Below, one piece after another: positions 1-10,732 of a stretch of 64,000 nucleotides of DNA; position 1 is the stretch's first letter; the number at the start of each line of letters is the position of its first letter. The DNA is taken from assembly GCA_963716985.1 (NCBI GenBank), contig OY970323.1, positions 1,568,001-1,632,000 on the forward strand, given 5' to 3'. A model generated the notes under the pieces. The model was not told the DNA's origin. It saw nothing but the letters and a program-made list of their open reading frames with translations, and did no database searches. Source of the stretch: an uncultured bacterium (GTDB lineage Bacteria; Chlamydiota; Chlamydiia; Chlamydiales; SM23-39). The translations under genes and the position numbers were made by a program.

Positions 1-2
1 CC

Positions 3-998
3 AACCTTTTTCAAGCCATTCAAGAAGCAGGCTGGTGGAGTCCTGATAGCAAAAAATCCTTGGATTGGCTAAAAGCGGTCAGCCCCGGAGAATATAATCA
101 TCCCTACTACTCTCTTCGACGCATTTGGCGCGTACAAACCCTCCTCAATCCTTCTCTTCACCTAAGTCCTTGGGTCGAAGACGGATTTACCAAAGACTAC
201 CCTTTTTCCATAAAACCCGCTCACAAACTCTCCCTGCAAGAGGTGATCCGCCTTCATCGAGACTACTATGAAGGTACAGAATTTGATCTGAGAAAGGGCC
301 TTGCGTCCGGACCTTTTGGCTCTCCCTATCGCTGGATGGGAAAAGAAGATCACTATCATGAATTTGGCGTTTTAAAGGAAAATCCTATGGCTGAATCTAC
401 GTTGAAAAAAGAGGGTGCTTGGGAAAGACCTATTTCCGTCTACTATATTGGCTATTCCTGGGTGTGCCAAATCCGTCCCTGGCTTCCGGATGCAGTCGGC
501 GGCATTGCCTGGATCAGCTTGGATCAGCCGGCCACAAGCTATTACACGCCTTTTTACGCAGGAATTCAAAACCTTCCCGATTGCTACCAGAAAGGAAGCC
601 CCTATTCTCTCAAGAGAGAGTCGGCTTGGTGGGCAGCCAATGTTGTCTCTAACTGGGCAGATGTCAAATTTTCTTATATCTATAAAGACATCCAGGCAAA
701 GCAAAAAGAAGTGGAAAGAAAAATCTTTACCGCCATTGCCGCCGTTGATAAAAAAGCCATGGCCCTCTATCAGAAAGATCCCAAAGCCGCGCGAGAATAT
801 CTGACCGGCTATTGCAATACAACCGCCAGCGAGATGAGCAAGACCTGGTGGTCTTTTGCCGATTTTCTTGTCGAAAAATATATCGATGGCTACGTCAATA
901 AACCCAACATACGAGACCGGGTGGGCTATCCAAAAGAATGGGAAAAAGCGGTTGGCTACGGGAAGGGCCCCATTTCTTACCAAAAAAATATGCAATAA
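3..998 (+). CDS. C69-family dipeptidase, 5'-partial
   Basis: The frame is open from the window start. Motifs YSLRRIWR, RDYYEGTEFDL, WERPIS and YTPFY are typical of peptidase C69. Confidence 0.8.
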   Translation, partial: NLFQAIQEAGWWSPDSKKSLDWLKAVSPGEYNHPYYSLRRIWRVQTLLNPSLHLSPWVEDGFTKDYPFSIKPAHKLSLQEVIRLHRDYYEGTEFDLRKGLASGPFGSPYRWMGKEDHYHEFGVLKENPMAESTLKKEGAWERPISVYYIGYSWVCQIRPWLPDAVGGIAWISLDQPATSYYTPFYAGIQNLPDCYQKGSPYSLKRESAWWAANVVSNWADVKFSYIYKDIQAKQKEVERKIFTAIAAVDKKAMALYQKDPKAAREYLTGYCNTTASEMSKTWWSFADFLVEKYIDGYVNKPNIRDRVGYPKEWEKAVGYGKGPISYQKNMQ

Positions 999-1108
999 GA
1001 AAAAGGCTGAAAAAGTGCCCGCTCTCAAGTTCATGTGCACCTCGTAGCGCACGTTGCAATCGCTATAGAGCAAAAATCTCTTCTTTTTTCGATCCTTTTT
1101 TCCATAAT

Positions 1109-2630
1109 CTCGACTTTGTACATTTTTCGATCTGATAGCCCAAAGTCATTTGCTTCAATCTGTAAAATAAAAAGTTGATAGAGAGTGCCGCTTCGCGCAT
1201 ACTATTTGGTTCAGTAAAACAAAATGGTAGGCTCTCATGGACTCTCTATCGTCAAACATTTTAGCAGTACTCATCCCTTTTTCAGTACTTTTTTCAAATC
1301 CTTCTTGGAAAAAAGCTCTGACCTTATTACTTGGCACGCTTTTATGCACTGGCAAGAGAACCGTGTGCGCGGCTCTGCGCGCAATGGGTCTTGAGCATCA
1401 GGCGGGTTTTTCAAAGTACCATCACCTTTTAAACCGGGCGGAATGGTCGTCACTCAAGGCAGCGAAAATCCTATTCTTTATGTTGCTTATCTTTGTCTCC
1501 GATCAGCATCCTTTGGTTCTGCTCATTGACGAGACATTGGAGCGCAGGCGTGGCAAGAAGATAAAAGCAAAGGGCTATTATCGAGATGCGGTTCGATCGT
1601 CACAGTCTCGAGTGGTCAAAGCCATGGGTTTGAAGTGGCAGGTTATGGCGCTCTCTGTGAAATTGCCGTTTATGTCGAGAGCACTTGCATTGCCTTTTTT
1701 GAGTGCACTGGAGCCTTCTAAAAAATGTGATGAAGCGAAGAAACGTCGGCACAAAACCTCATTAAAATGGGCGAGTCAGATGATCTTACAGGTGCGTCGA
1801 TGGGTAGGTAAGGCGCGATCACTAATTCTTGTTGGCGATGGAGGATATGCTGCGGGACAGTTGGCTCTGAACTGTATCTGTTCTGGGGTGACTCTTGTTT
1901 CGCGACTGAAAATGAATGCAGCCCTGTTCGATTTCCCGGCCGAAAAGCGTCCCGGTCAAAGGGGACGTACAGCACAGAAGGGCGTCAAATTGAAAAATTT
2001 TAAAGAGATGCTATCTCTGAAGGGATTGCCCTGGAAAGAAATGGAAGTAGTCGGTTACGGCGGAGAGAAACGGGTAGCTCGCGTGCTGTCTAACACATGT
2101 ATGTGGGGAGCCGATGGAGTGACTCCTATTCCCATCCGATGGACTTTGGTGGTGGATCCTACAGGAAAACTTGATCCTCTACCTCTTATGAGCACAGATC
2201 CACTCATGACGGCAGAACGTATGATAGAATTATTTATCGATCGCTGGGGACTTGAGGTCACATTCGAGGAAACACGTGAACATCTTGGCGTAGAGACCCA
2301 GCGGCAATGGTCGGATCGAGCAATAGCCCGATCGACTCCCATACTGATGGGGCTATATAGTTGTGTATGCCTAATGGCAAATCGATTGGGACAGGTAAAG
2401 TTGCTGAAAGTAGAGGCAACTGCTTGGCACCAAAAAGAGCACGTCACATTTTCCGATATGTTGAGGGCCGTGCGCATGGTAATATGGAGGGATAATTTAA
2501 TTTCCGGGAAGGCTAAAATCACCCCTTCCGTGGAAAATATTACTCCGGAAATGGTGGATTGGATGGATGATATAGTAAGGCGAGTGCTTCAGGCGGCCTG
2601 AGCTAAGCCGCTAAAAGTTGCAAAGTCGAG
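1109..2630 (+). mobile_element. Complete IS701-family insertion sequence (1522 bp)
   Basis: Terminal IRs CTCGACTTTG...CAAAGTCGAG, 5-bp target duplication ATAAT (1104-1108 and 2631-2635), single transposase ORF. Confidence 0.9.
1237..2601 (+). CDS. IS701-family DDE transposase
   Basis: Motifs LIDET, VGDGGY and RWGLEVTFEETREHLG; 454 aa, lies between the IRs. Confidence 0.88.
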   Translation: MDSLSSNILAVLIPFSVLFSNPSWKKALTLLLGTLLCTGKRTVCAALRAMGLEHQAGFSKYHHLLNRAEWSSLKAAKILFFMLLIFVSDQHPLVLLIDETLERRRGKKIKAKGYYRDAVRSSQSRVVKAMGLKWQVMALSVKLPFMSRALALPFLSALEPSKKCDEAKKRRHKTSLKWASQMILQVRRWVGKARSLILVGDGGYAAGQLALNCICSGVTLVSRLKMNAALFDFPAEKRPGQRGRTAQKGVKLKNFKEMLSLKGLPWKEMEVVGYGGEKRVARVLSNTCMWGADGVTPIPIRWTLVVDPTGKLDPLPLMSTDPLMTAERMIELFIDRWGLEVTFEETREHLGVETQRQWSDRAIARSTPILMGLYSCVCLMANRLGQVKLLKVEATAWHQKEHVTFSDMLRAVRMVIWRDNLISGKAKITPSVENITPEMVDWMDDIVRRVLQAA

Positions 2631-2770
2631 ATAATGTTTTTTTATAAAATAATATTTCTAATTATTTATCCAAAAATCCATTTTTTTTCTCAAAAATCTG
2701 TAAATCACATATCTTTTATGCCCTATTCATGGTATAACAAAACCCTCTTACAACCAAAACCGATAGAACT

Positions 2771-4036
2771 ATGCATTTTAAAGATTTAATTTCTCATCCG
2801 AAAATTCTTCAAGCCATTGAAGATGCAGGACATACACTACCTACGCCCATTCAGAAAGAGGTCATTTTAAAGGTTGCCGAAGGACGGGATATCCGCGCAT
2901 CTTCTGAAACCGGATCCGGCAAAACCGCGGCCTTTATCCTTCCCGCTTTAGAAAAGCTTGCCAACCACTCTCCTCTGCCGGGAAAGGGCCCAAGGGTTTT
3001 GATTTTAGTTCCCACGCGCGAGCTTGCCTTGCAAGTCTCTGCCGAGGCAAAAAAGTATGGAAAGCATCTTCCAAAGATCACTACCATCTGCATTTATGGA
3101 GGAACTCCCTATCCAAGACAGCTGCAAGAACTTTCTCGCCCTTATGACATTCTCGTCGCAACTCCAGGACGCCTTCTGGACCATATAGAAAGAGGCCGCA
3201 TACGTTTTTCAAGAACGGAGCTTTTCATACTGGATGAAGCAGACCGCATGCTCGATATGGGCTTCATCGAACCCGTTGAAGAAATCGCCGCCCTTCTTCC
3301 TCAAAAGCACCAAACACTCATGTTTTCTGCCACATTGAAGGGAAGCGTTCTGAAGCTCTCTGAAAAGCTTCTCAATCACCCCGTCGAAGCGATCATCGAG
3401 CGCGACAGGTCCCAAGAAGAGCAGATCGAACAACGCCTTTTCCGCGTCGATAACCTCGACCATAAATATCGCCTTCTCGACCACCTTTTAAAAATCCCGG
3501 AGATGAAACAGGCCATCGTATTTACGGCAACCAAACACCAAGCAGACCAGATTACAAGGAAGTTAATGGGACAGGGCCATGATGCCGCAGCGCTTCACGG
3601 AGATATGAACCAACGACAAAGAACGCGCACCATGATGAGAATGAGAAAAGAAGAGGTGCGCATCCTCGTTGCCACCGACGTTGCCGCAAGAGGAATTGAC
3701 ATTCTCACGATCAGCCATATCATCAACTTTGACCTTCCGAAGATCGCAGAAGATTACGTACACCGCATCGGCAGAACGGGCAGGGCCAGCAACAAGGGCA
3801 CCGCCTTTTCCTTTGTCGCGCCAAACGATCGGTCTTGCCTCAAAAAAATTGAGCAATTTACGGGTCGAAAAATTGTCCATGACACCATTCCCGGAATAGA
3901 AGCTAGAAATCAAGGGGAAGATAAAGGCAATCGCTCAGGCGAGGGAAATTTCAATCGCCATAGACGAAGTCGTTTTCCGGGGCAGGGAAAATTCAAGCCG
4001 AAACGATTTTTTGGAAAGAGACGCCCCTCCTATTAA
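2771..4036 (+). CDS. DEAD-box RNA helicase (RhlE/DeaD-like)
   Basis: TGSGKT, PTRELA, TPGR, DEAD, SAT and HRIGRTGR motifs, plus a basic C-terminal tail. Confidence 0.95.
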   Translation: MHFKDLISHPKILQAIEDAGHTLPTPIQKEVILKVAEGRDIRASSETGSGKTAAFILPALEKLANHSPLPGKGPRVLILVPTRELALQVSAEAKKYGKHLPKITTICIYGGTPYPRQLQELSRPYDILVATPGRLLDHIERGRIRFSRTELFILDEADRMLDMGFIEPVEEIAALLPQKHQTLMFSATLKGSVLKLSEKLLNHPVEAIIERDRSQEEQIEQRLFRVDNLDHKYRLLDHLLKIPEMKQAIVFTATKHQADQITRKLMGQGHDAAALHGDMNQRQRTRTMMRMRKEEVRILVATDVAARGIDILTISHIINFDLPKIAEDYVHRIGRTGRASNKGTAFSFVAPNDRSCLKKIEQFTGRKIVHDTIPGIEARNQGEDKGNRSGEGNFNRHRRSRFPGQGKFKPKRFFGKRRPSY

Positions 4037-4089
4037 TTTCTGATAGAGCAAACTTGCATGCCGACCGACTTCCTTGCTACAATCATTTT

Positions 4090-5877
4090 ATGACTTTGTT
4101 ATGCAGCTGTCAGTCGATTGCGAAATCCTATAGCACGCGCGTGCTCTTTCAGGATTTGTCTTTGAGCATATTCGCAAAAGACCGCATCGGCTTGATCGGA
4201 CCTAATGGATCGGGAAAAACGACTCTTTTGAACATTCTTTCCGGACGGGAATCTCCCGATAGCGGAACCATTTCTTATCAGCGCGGACTTAAAATCGGCT
4301 ATCTTCCCCAATCCTGCGACCATCCGGATAAAAAACCCGATCAAATCCTCTTCGATGCCCTAAAGCAAGATGGTGAAACACCCGATTATGAAAAAGAAAG
4401 GATCGTGCGCACATGGCTCTCAAGGTTCGGCTTCGGCGGCCACGAACCTTCCGCCGCCCTTTTGTCGGGCGGATGGAAGAAAAGGCTCTCTTTAGCCAAG
4501 GAGTTGATCACATCTCCGGATCTGCTCCTTTTGGACGAGCCCACCAACCATCTCGATTTAGAAGGAATACTCTGGCTTGAAAAATTCCTCTCGAAAGAAA
4601 AGATCACCTATCTTCTCGTAAGCCATGATCGCTATTTTTTACAAAATACCATAGAGCGGATCATTGAAATCGATCCGGCCTACCCAAAAGGAGTCTTTTC
4701 CATCGAAGGCTCCTATAGCTATTTCTTGGAAAAAAAAGAGGCATTCCTAGAAGGGCAGCTGACCATAGAAAAATCCCTCGCATCTAAAGCAAAAAGAGAA
4801 GAAGAGTGGCTCCGTCAATCTCCGAAAGCCAGAACCACAAAATCCCAATCGAGAATGGATGCAGCGCAAGCTCTTGCGCAAGAACTGAAGCGGGCCAAAG
4901 AAAGAAACCGGCAAAGACGGGCACAAATTGATTTTGCTTCGACCGAGCGTCAAACGCGGAAACTGCTCGTCGCAAAAAACCTCTCCAAGCAGATCGGCCA
5001 AAAGCCCCTGTTTTGCCATTTGGACTTTACCCTTTCCCCCTCTTCCCATCTGGGACTCATGGGGCTCAATGGGTCGGGAAAAACAACACTCCTCCGCCTT
5101 CTTGCCGGCGAAATTCTTCCGGATGAAGGAACGATCAAACAAGCCGACGGGCTAAAAGTTGTTTATTTTGACCAGCATCGCATGCAGCTTGCCCCTACAA
5201 TTTCATTAAGAGAAGCGCTCTCACCCCAAGGAAATTTTGTCTTTTTTCGAGGGCATCCCGTTCATGTCAATGGCTGGTGCAAGCGTTTTCTCTTCTCTCC
5301 CGACCTTCTCGATATGCCTCTTGGCAAACTCTCCGGCGGGGAAAGGGCCCGCATCCATATCGCACATCTCATGCTGCAGCCGGCCGACGTTCTTCTTTTG
5401 GATGAGCCGACCAATGACCTTGACATCCCGACCCTTGAAACTCTTGAAGAAGGTCTTTTGGATTTTCCGGGGGCCATTGTCTTGATTACCCATGATCGCT
5501 GCATGCTCTCTCGTCTGTGCAACTCTCTTCTCGTCCTGGGCCGCTCAGAAACACCTACCTTCTATGCAGACTATGCCCAATGGGAAGCCTCTCTGGAAAC
5601 AACGCTTTCCAAAAGCGGGGAAGAAAAGAAAAAAGAAGGCCTTTCCGCAAAAGAAAAAATCTCTTCTTCGGAAAAAAAAGAACGGACGCAAATCGAGAGA
5701 AAAATTTCTCAATTGGAAGAAGAGGTAAGAGATCTCAATACCCTGCTCGAAGATCCTTTGATTGCGCAAAACCATGAAAAACTCGAAGAGATTTGCGCCT
5801 CCGTTTCTCTCAAAGAAAACCAGATCGAGCAGCTCTATATTCGCTGGGAAGAGATAGAAAAAAAAGCATCGCAATGA
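4090..5877 (+). CDS. uup: ABC-F family ATPase (Uup-like)
   Basis: Two ABC domains (GPNGSGKT/LSGG/LDEPTNHLD and GLNGSGKT/LSGGE/LDEPTNDLD), C-terminal coiled coil, no TM segments. ATG at 4090 preferred over the upstream TTG. Confidence 0.85.
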   Translation: MTLLCSCQSIAKSYSTRVLFQDLSLSIFAKDRIGLIGPNGSGKTTLLNILSGRESPDSGTISYQRGLKIGYLPQSCDHPDKKPDQILFDALKQDGETPDYEKERIVRTWLSRFGFGGHEPSAALLSGGWKKRLSLAKELITSPDLLLLDEPTNHLDLEGILWLEKFLSKEKITYLLVSHDRYFLQNTIERIIEIDPAYPKGVFSIEGSYSYFLEKKEAFLEGQLTIEKSLASKAKREEEWLRQSPKARTTKSQSRMDAAQALAQELKRAKERNRQRRAQIDFASTERQTRKLLVAKNLSKQIGQKPLFCHLDFTLSPSSHLGLMGLNGSGKTTLLRLLAGEILPDEGTIKQADGLKVVYFDQHRMQLAPTISLREALSPQGNFVFFRGHPVHVNGWCKRFLFSPDLLDMPLGKLSGGERARIHIAHLMLQPADVLLLDEPTNDLDIPTLETLEEGLLDFPGAIVLITHDRCMLSRLCNSLLVLGRSETPTFYADYAQWEASLETTLSKSGEEKKKEGLSAKEKISSSEKKERTQIERKISQLEEEVRDLNTLLEDPLIAQNHEKLEEICASVSLKENQIEQLYIRWEEIEKKASQ

Positions 5878-5882
5878 TGCGT

Positions 5883-6272
5883 TTATTTCTTCGTTTTTGC
5901 AATACAGGAAATTTCCACAAGCGCATCCATGGGAAGCTTTCCTACCTGCATCGCCTGCCGTGCCGGCTTTATCGGACAGGAAAAGGTTTGCGCATAGATC
6001 TTGTTCATCTCCTGAAAATCTCCCATGTCTTTCAAATAGACCTCCGTCTTCACCACGTCGGCAAATCCGAGTCCCGCTTTTTTCAAAATCGCCTCGATAT
6101 TCTCAAGGACCTGCTTCGTCTGCCCCTGAATGGTTAAATCCACAATTTTTCCCTCTTTAGGATCGATGGGAATTTGCCCGGAAACAAACAGAAATCCCCC
6201 TGCTACGACTGCTTGCGAATAGGGTCCGATGGCTTTTGGCGCATCTGGTGTTTCAATCTTTTGAACGTCCAT
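5883..6272 (-). CDS. ridA: RidA/YjgF family enamine-imine deaminase
   Basis: [20 protein letters not shown] and LVEI motifs. Confidence 0.92.
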   Translation of the reverse strand: MDVQKIETPDAPKAIGPYSQAVVAGGFLFVSGQIPIDPKEGKIVDLTIQGQTKQVLENIEAILKKAGLGFADVVKTEVYLKDMGDFQEMNKIYAQTFSCPIKPARQAMQVGKLPMDALVEISCIAKTKK

Positions 6273-6413
6273 AAAAAAAAGTCCTTTTTTCTTGGATTCT
6301 CTTCTTTAGGTTTATCAGAATCGGCAAAAAAGCGCTTAAGATTTATCGCGAGTGGCTAGGGGAAAAACCGAGGGAAAATCTCTTTTGCTCCAAGAGATAG
6401 GTCCATAGCAAGT

Positions 6414-7682
6414 CTAAATTTCATCGAGATTGATCCATTTCTTTTTCTTTCTTTTTCGATGCAAACTAGAGGAAAGATAAATGGTAATCAAGAGCATAAG
6501 GGCTGCGCAAATGAGGGCATAGACAAACTGATGCTGCACAATTGTTTTCGAAAGCGGATTTTTTGTTTCGACCGCGAAAGCAACCATCCCAACGCCAATG
6601 ACATATCCGATGATCATCCAAGCAATTCCCATTTCCATATAGGGCAAAATCTTCAATTGAAAACGCGAGCTTTCCTGCAACTCTTTGAGCTCTTCTTCCA
6701 TCATAGAGAAAAGAATGGGAGAAATAGCCGAACAGGCAATCCCTCCAAGCGCGAGGCGAGAAACAAATCCCGTCCAATCTTCTTGTGCCGGGAAGGAAAT
6801 CAGCACTAAGATCAGCAAGAAAACAAGAAAGAAAAACACGTTGCGGGCCGCGAAAAAATAGAGAGGGGCCAAAATCAAAAACTGTCCGACAATCAAAAAT
6901 ATCCAGAATATGGAAACCACGCCGCCAGAGACTTTTGGCTCAAAAAAGAAATCAAGAAATTTTTCCCCCCAAAGAATCATCGTATTTTCACAAATGCCAT
7001 AGAAAATAATCAGCAGAAAAAACAAAAAAAAGCGATAGTGCAATTCTCTCCATATCAGTGTGGATTTTCCCAAATGAATCAAATGTTTGGGATAGGGCGG
7101 CGAGAAAAAATATTCGCGAATAAAAATAATCGAAAATATAACCAAGCTTTCCACCAAAATCAAAAAAAACATCTGTTCTTGCCAGGAATCAAAAAATTTC
7201 GCAACTATGGAAGCGAGCATAACTCCGATGTTCGTAAAAGCAAACAGGGCCGTAAGCGCCAGTCCCAAAAAACGGGGAATTTCAATGATCACATAGGTGA
7301 TAAGAGCAATGAATACAACAGCAAAAGCAATTCCGCAAGCAACCATTCCCAGAATTAAAAAAGAATCGGCAACAATGAGGCTTCCTCGAAAAAACTGGGA
7401 AATGAACAACAAAACCAGACCCCAAAAATAAAAAAGAAACCCACTGATCAAGAGATTTTTTACCCCATATTTCCGAGTAAAAAATTGGTTAAATAAAGAC
7501 ATCAAGACCACAGAGCCATACAAAATAACCACCAACGACACATGAAACGTGCGAGAAAAACTCGTGAAGAAAAAATCAGATAGATTTTGGGCCATGCAAA
7601 AAGTGATCGCATGCAGAATGGCAAACAAGAACATGCTCAAGACAATTCGATGGCGAAAAGAAAAAATTTTCTCGATCCACAT
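6414..7682 (-). CDS. MFS-type membrane transporter
   Basis: 422 aa with about 12 hydrophobic segments; RKYGVK resembles the MFS motif A loop. Confidence 0.6.
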   Translation of the reverse strand: MWIEKIFSFRHRIVLSMFLFAILHAITFCMAQNLSDFFFTSFSRTFHVSLVVILYGSVVLMSLFNQFFTRKYGVKNLLISGFLFYFWGLVLLFISQFFRGSLIVADSFLILGMVACGIAFAVVFIALITYVIIEIPRFLGLALTALFAFTNIGVMLASIVAKFFDSWQEQMFFLILVESLVIFSIIFIREYFFSPPYPKHLIHLGKSTLIWRELHYRFFLFFLLIIFYGICENTMILWGEKFLDFFFEPKVSGGVVSIFWIFLIVGQFLILAPLYFFAARNVFFFLVFLLILVLISFPAQEDWTGFVSRLALGGIACSAISPILFSMMEEELKELQESSRFQLKILPYMEMGIAWMIIGYVIGVGMVAFAVETKNPLSKTIVQHQFVYALICAALMLLITIYLSSSLHRKRKKKKWINLDEI

Positions 7683-7760
7683 GTAAATGTCTCTTCTTTT
7701 TTCGATGTATACAAGAAAAAAAAATTTTCTAATATTAGAATCTTAAGAACCACTCGTTTA

Positions 7761-8423
7761 ATGGTTATGCAAATCTTTTCTAAAGAAATAACAATTTTTC
7801 TACCGCAAGAAAAAATCTCTCTTCAAGGAATTTTGACCCTTCCTGAAAAAGCGACAAAAATCATCGTTTTCGCCCATGGCAGCGGAAGCAGCCGCCATAG
7901 CCCGCGCAATCGCTTTGTCGCAAGCCACCTAATCCATGAACACCTGGCCACTCTGCTTTTGGACCTCTTGACGGAAGAAGAAGAGCTGATCGATGAAACG
8001 ACAGCGCAGTTTCGTTTCGACATTCCTCTTTTGGCAAAACGCCTAGAAGAAACCACCAAGTGGCTTTTTCTCAATGAGGCAACAGGGCATCTGAAAATAG
8101 GATATTTTGGAGCCAGCACGGGATCTGCCGCCGCCTTGATTGCCACGGCACGAGAAAAAGACAAGATCTTTGCAGTCGTATCTAGAGGCGGGAGGCCCGA
8201 TCTTGCAGCAAGCTATCTTCCAAAGGTACAAGCACCAACCCTGCTTATCGTGGGAGAAAATGACCCCGATGTCCTTTTGCTCAATCAAAAAGCTTTGGAA
8301 CTATTGCCGGGAGAAAAAAAGCTGGAAATAATTCCCAACGCCACCCATCTCTTCGAGGAAAAAGGCGCTCTTGAAAAGGTCGCACTTCTTGCCGCCTTAT
8401 GGTTCAAAAACCACTCTTCTTAA
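7761..8423 (+). CDS. Alpha/beta hydrolase, dienelactone-hydrolase-like
   Basis: FAHGSGSSRHSPRN, GYFGASTG, VSRGGRPDLA and ATHLFEE motifs. Start at ATG 7761 or 7767. Confidence 0.88.
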   Translation: MVMQIFSKEITIFLPQEKISLQGILTLPEKATKIIVFAHGSGSSRHSPRNRFVASHLIHEHLATLLLDLLTEEEELIDETTAQFRFDIPLLAKRLEETTKWLFLNEATGHLKIGYFGASTGSAAALIATAREKDKIFAVVSRGGRPDLAASYLPKVQAPTLLIVGENDPDVLLLNQKALELLPGEKKLEIIPNATHLFEEKGALEKVALLAALWFKNHSS

Positions 8424-8514
8424 AAAATCTTTTATTTTTATTCAGAGTTTCTTGATTAAAATATCTTCATTTTCTATGAAGAAGGAAAAGATCATTTCTC
8501 ACAAGGAGGAGACA

Positions 8515-8634
8515 ATGGCAAAGAAAGCAAAAAAGAAAACTGCAAAGAAAAGACCCGTTAAAAGAAAGGTCGCTAAAAGAAAAGCGAAGATGAAGAAAAG
8601 CGGAACCGGTGGAGTCTGCACCTGCGGTCAATAA
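8515..8634 (+). CDS. Small Lys/Ala/Arg-rich histone-H1-like protein (39 aa)
   Basis: Strong RBS AGGAGG just upstream of ATG 8515. Sequence MAKKAKKKTAKKRPVKRKVAKRKAKMKKSGTGGVCTCGQ. Confidence 0.7.
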   Translation: MAKKAKKKTAKKRPVKRKVAKRKAKMKKSGTGGVCTCGQ

Positions 8635-8651
8635 GTTTGTAAAAAATTCCA

Positions 8652-9698
8652 TCAAACGATGGTCAGCAGTCTTCTGACGGCAACCATCGTTTTCTTTTTA
8701 TAAGGTACAATCCATTTTTTCACCTCTAGCATCTCGAGAGCCTCACAGTCGCTTTTTAATTGCTCCCATTTTTCTTTTTTCATGATGGGCATGGTAAAAA
8801 GAAGCTCGAGTTTTTTTCTATGATCTAGAGAATCGCCCATCTCTTTGAGCATGTCTTCATATAGGGAGCGAATAGCCCCTATCTTTTGGATCGATTGCTC
8901 CGCAGATTCGATCACCCCCTTGAGGAAAAAACGAATCCAGCCCTCCCAATCATTCTCCTTGGTGATGGCAAATAGCCTTTCAAAATACTCCAATCGATGT
9001 TTTTTAAAATATACGCTCATGTAAAAGAGCGGAGAAGAAATCAGCTTCTTCTTAAAGAGAAAAAACGGAATCACGGCTCTGGCAAGACGTCCATTTCCAT
9101 CCATGAAGGGGTGAATGATGAGCAGCTGCGCGAAGAAAATAGAGAGCTGCACCAAAGGATCCTTTTCCCGGTAAATGGCATATTTTTTCAGGTTCTTGAG
9201 ATTTGCGGCCAGCTGCGAGGCGGCCGGCGGATAAAAATAGGCCTCTTTTCTCCCCCTACCTTCGGGGCCAATCCAATTTTGCCGGTCTCGAATCCGTCCC
9301 ACCTGGCTCGGAATTTCTCTTGCGTCTTTTTTTATGATGCCATGCAATCTGCAAAGAAACGCAAGAGAAATCTTCTCTCTTTCGGAACACTCCCCCACCA
9401 TGACGAGGGCATTTCGATCATTGAGTATCCATTGGATCAATGGATTCGAAACTTTTTCGGGAAAGACTTGCCCTATGAGGACCTCTTCCAAAGTAGGAGA
9501 TTTTGGCTGCTTTTCGAGCGAGTCCAAGGCTTCCCTCGTGACAAGAAGAGAAAAAAGAGAGCGGGGATGCGGCACACGTTTAATCTGTTCCTCATATTGC
9601 GCAAGTTTGCGATGCGCCCTTCCTAAACTATCCACAAACTTTTCCCAATCCAGTTTTCGCAAGGGAAGTTTCTTCGGACGGCAAGGCTTGATCTTCAT
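8652..9698 (-). CDS. Fic-domain protein
   Basis: Canonical HPFMDGNGRLAR motif, RQNWIG; RBS GGAGG upstream. Confidence 0.92.
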   Translation of the reverse strand: MKIKPCRPKKLPLRKLDWEKFVDSLGRAHRKLAQYEEQIKRVPHPRSLFSLLVTREALDSLEKQPKSPTLEEVLIGQVFPEKVSNPLIQWILNDRNALVMVGECSEREKISLAFLCRLHGIIKKDAREIPSQVGRIRDRQNWIGPEGRGRKEAYFYPPAASQLAANLKNLKKYAIYREKDPLVQLSIFFAQLLIIHPFMDGNGRLARAVIPFFLFKKKLISSPLFYMSVYFKKHRLEYFERLFAITKENDWEGWIRFFLKGVIESAEQSIQKIGAIRSLYEDMLKEMGDSLDHRKKLELLFTMPIMKKEKWEQLKSDCEALEMLEVKKWIVPYKKKTMVAVRRLLTIV

Positions 9699-9852
9699 TT
9701 CCCTCCTACAATCTTATTCCCCAACTTAAGTACATACAATATTGAGAAAGCTCTGTCAAGCAGCGCCAAATGGGCACCTGCTGACAAAACCCTTTACTGC
9801 TGCTCTTCTTTTTAGTAGAAGGAAGAAAAAACCATTTCTTTTAGGAGGATGC

Positions 9853-10128
9853 ATGAATACAAAGAGAATCATCGGGATAGTCATTCTGGTCTTGGGACTT
9901 TTCCTCATTGCTTTTTCTGCCTATGCCAAAATGCGCATCGAAGAAGCCAAAAAAGTTGTCCATGAAACCACCAGTCCTTTTTCGAGCAATCCCATCGGTA
10001 AAATGCTCGGAGGCGCCGTAGAGCAAAAAGCAGCGCAATATGATCGAATGGTCATCGTAAGTCTCGTCGGTGGAATCCTTTTGTCGCTCGCTGGCGGGGG
10101 AATGCTCTACTTTTTCAGAAAAAAATGA
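9853..10128 (+). CDS. Small two-TM membrane protein
   Basis: RBS AGGAGG before ATG 9853; N- and C-terminal hydrophobic helices. Confidence 0.7.
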   Translation: MNTKRIIGIVILVLGLFLIAFSAYAKMRIEEAKKVVHETTSPFSSNPIGKMLGGAVEQKAAQYDRMVIVSLVGGILLSLAGGGMLYFFRKK

Positions 10129-10345
10129 CCCTCTTCGTTCATTTTTTCACAAATGCAATATCCCAAAACGGCCTCGCTTAGCGGCCGTTTTTTTAAAGAT
10201 TCCTGCCGCCAAGGAATTTTTTTCCTTTTTCGCTCCATTAATAATAGCCTCCCGCTCTTCTCCGAGAAAAGAGGCCATTTACACATCGGTCGAAGAAGTG
10301 AAAATCTCGCCTTTCTCAGAGAAAACCGACGATTCAACGGCGGCG

Positions 10346-10681
10346 ATTCTGCCCGGTTTAAAAGATGATGGTACTTTGAAAAACCCGCCTGATGTTCAAG
10401 CCCCATTGCGCGCAGAGCCGCACATACGGTTCTCTTGCCAGTGCATAAAAGCGTGCCAAGTAACAAGGTCAGGGCTTTTTTCCAAGAAGGGTTGGAAAAC
10501 AGTACAGAAAAAGGGGTGAGTACTGCTAAAATGTTTGACGATAGAGAGTCCATGAGAGCCTACCATTTTGTTGTGGTAACCCAAATAGTATGCGCGAAGC
10601 GGCACTCTCTATCAACTTTTTATTTTACAGATTGAAGCAAATGACTTTGGGCTATCAGATCGAAAAATGTACAAAGTCGAG
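10346..10681 (-). mobile_element. Truncated copy (left end and 5' transposase) of the IS701 element
   Basis: The reverse complement matches about 1109-1444 with several substitutions. Homology stops after HHLLNRAE; no right IR. Confidence 0.92.
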
Positions 10682-10732
10682 ATCTATAACAGAAAACGCA
10701 ATAGAGAAATACTGTAGAAAACTTTGTCAAAA

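Noticed and set aside
10107..10553. 148-aa ORF as a functional transposase
   Set aside because: Only the first ~69 codons are IS-derived; the rest is read-through into flanking DNA.
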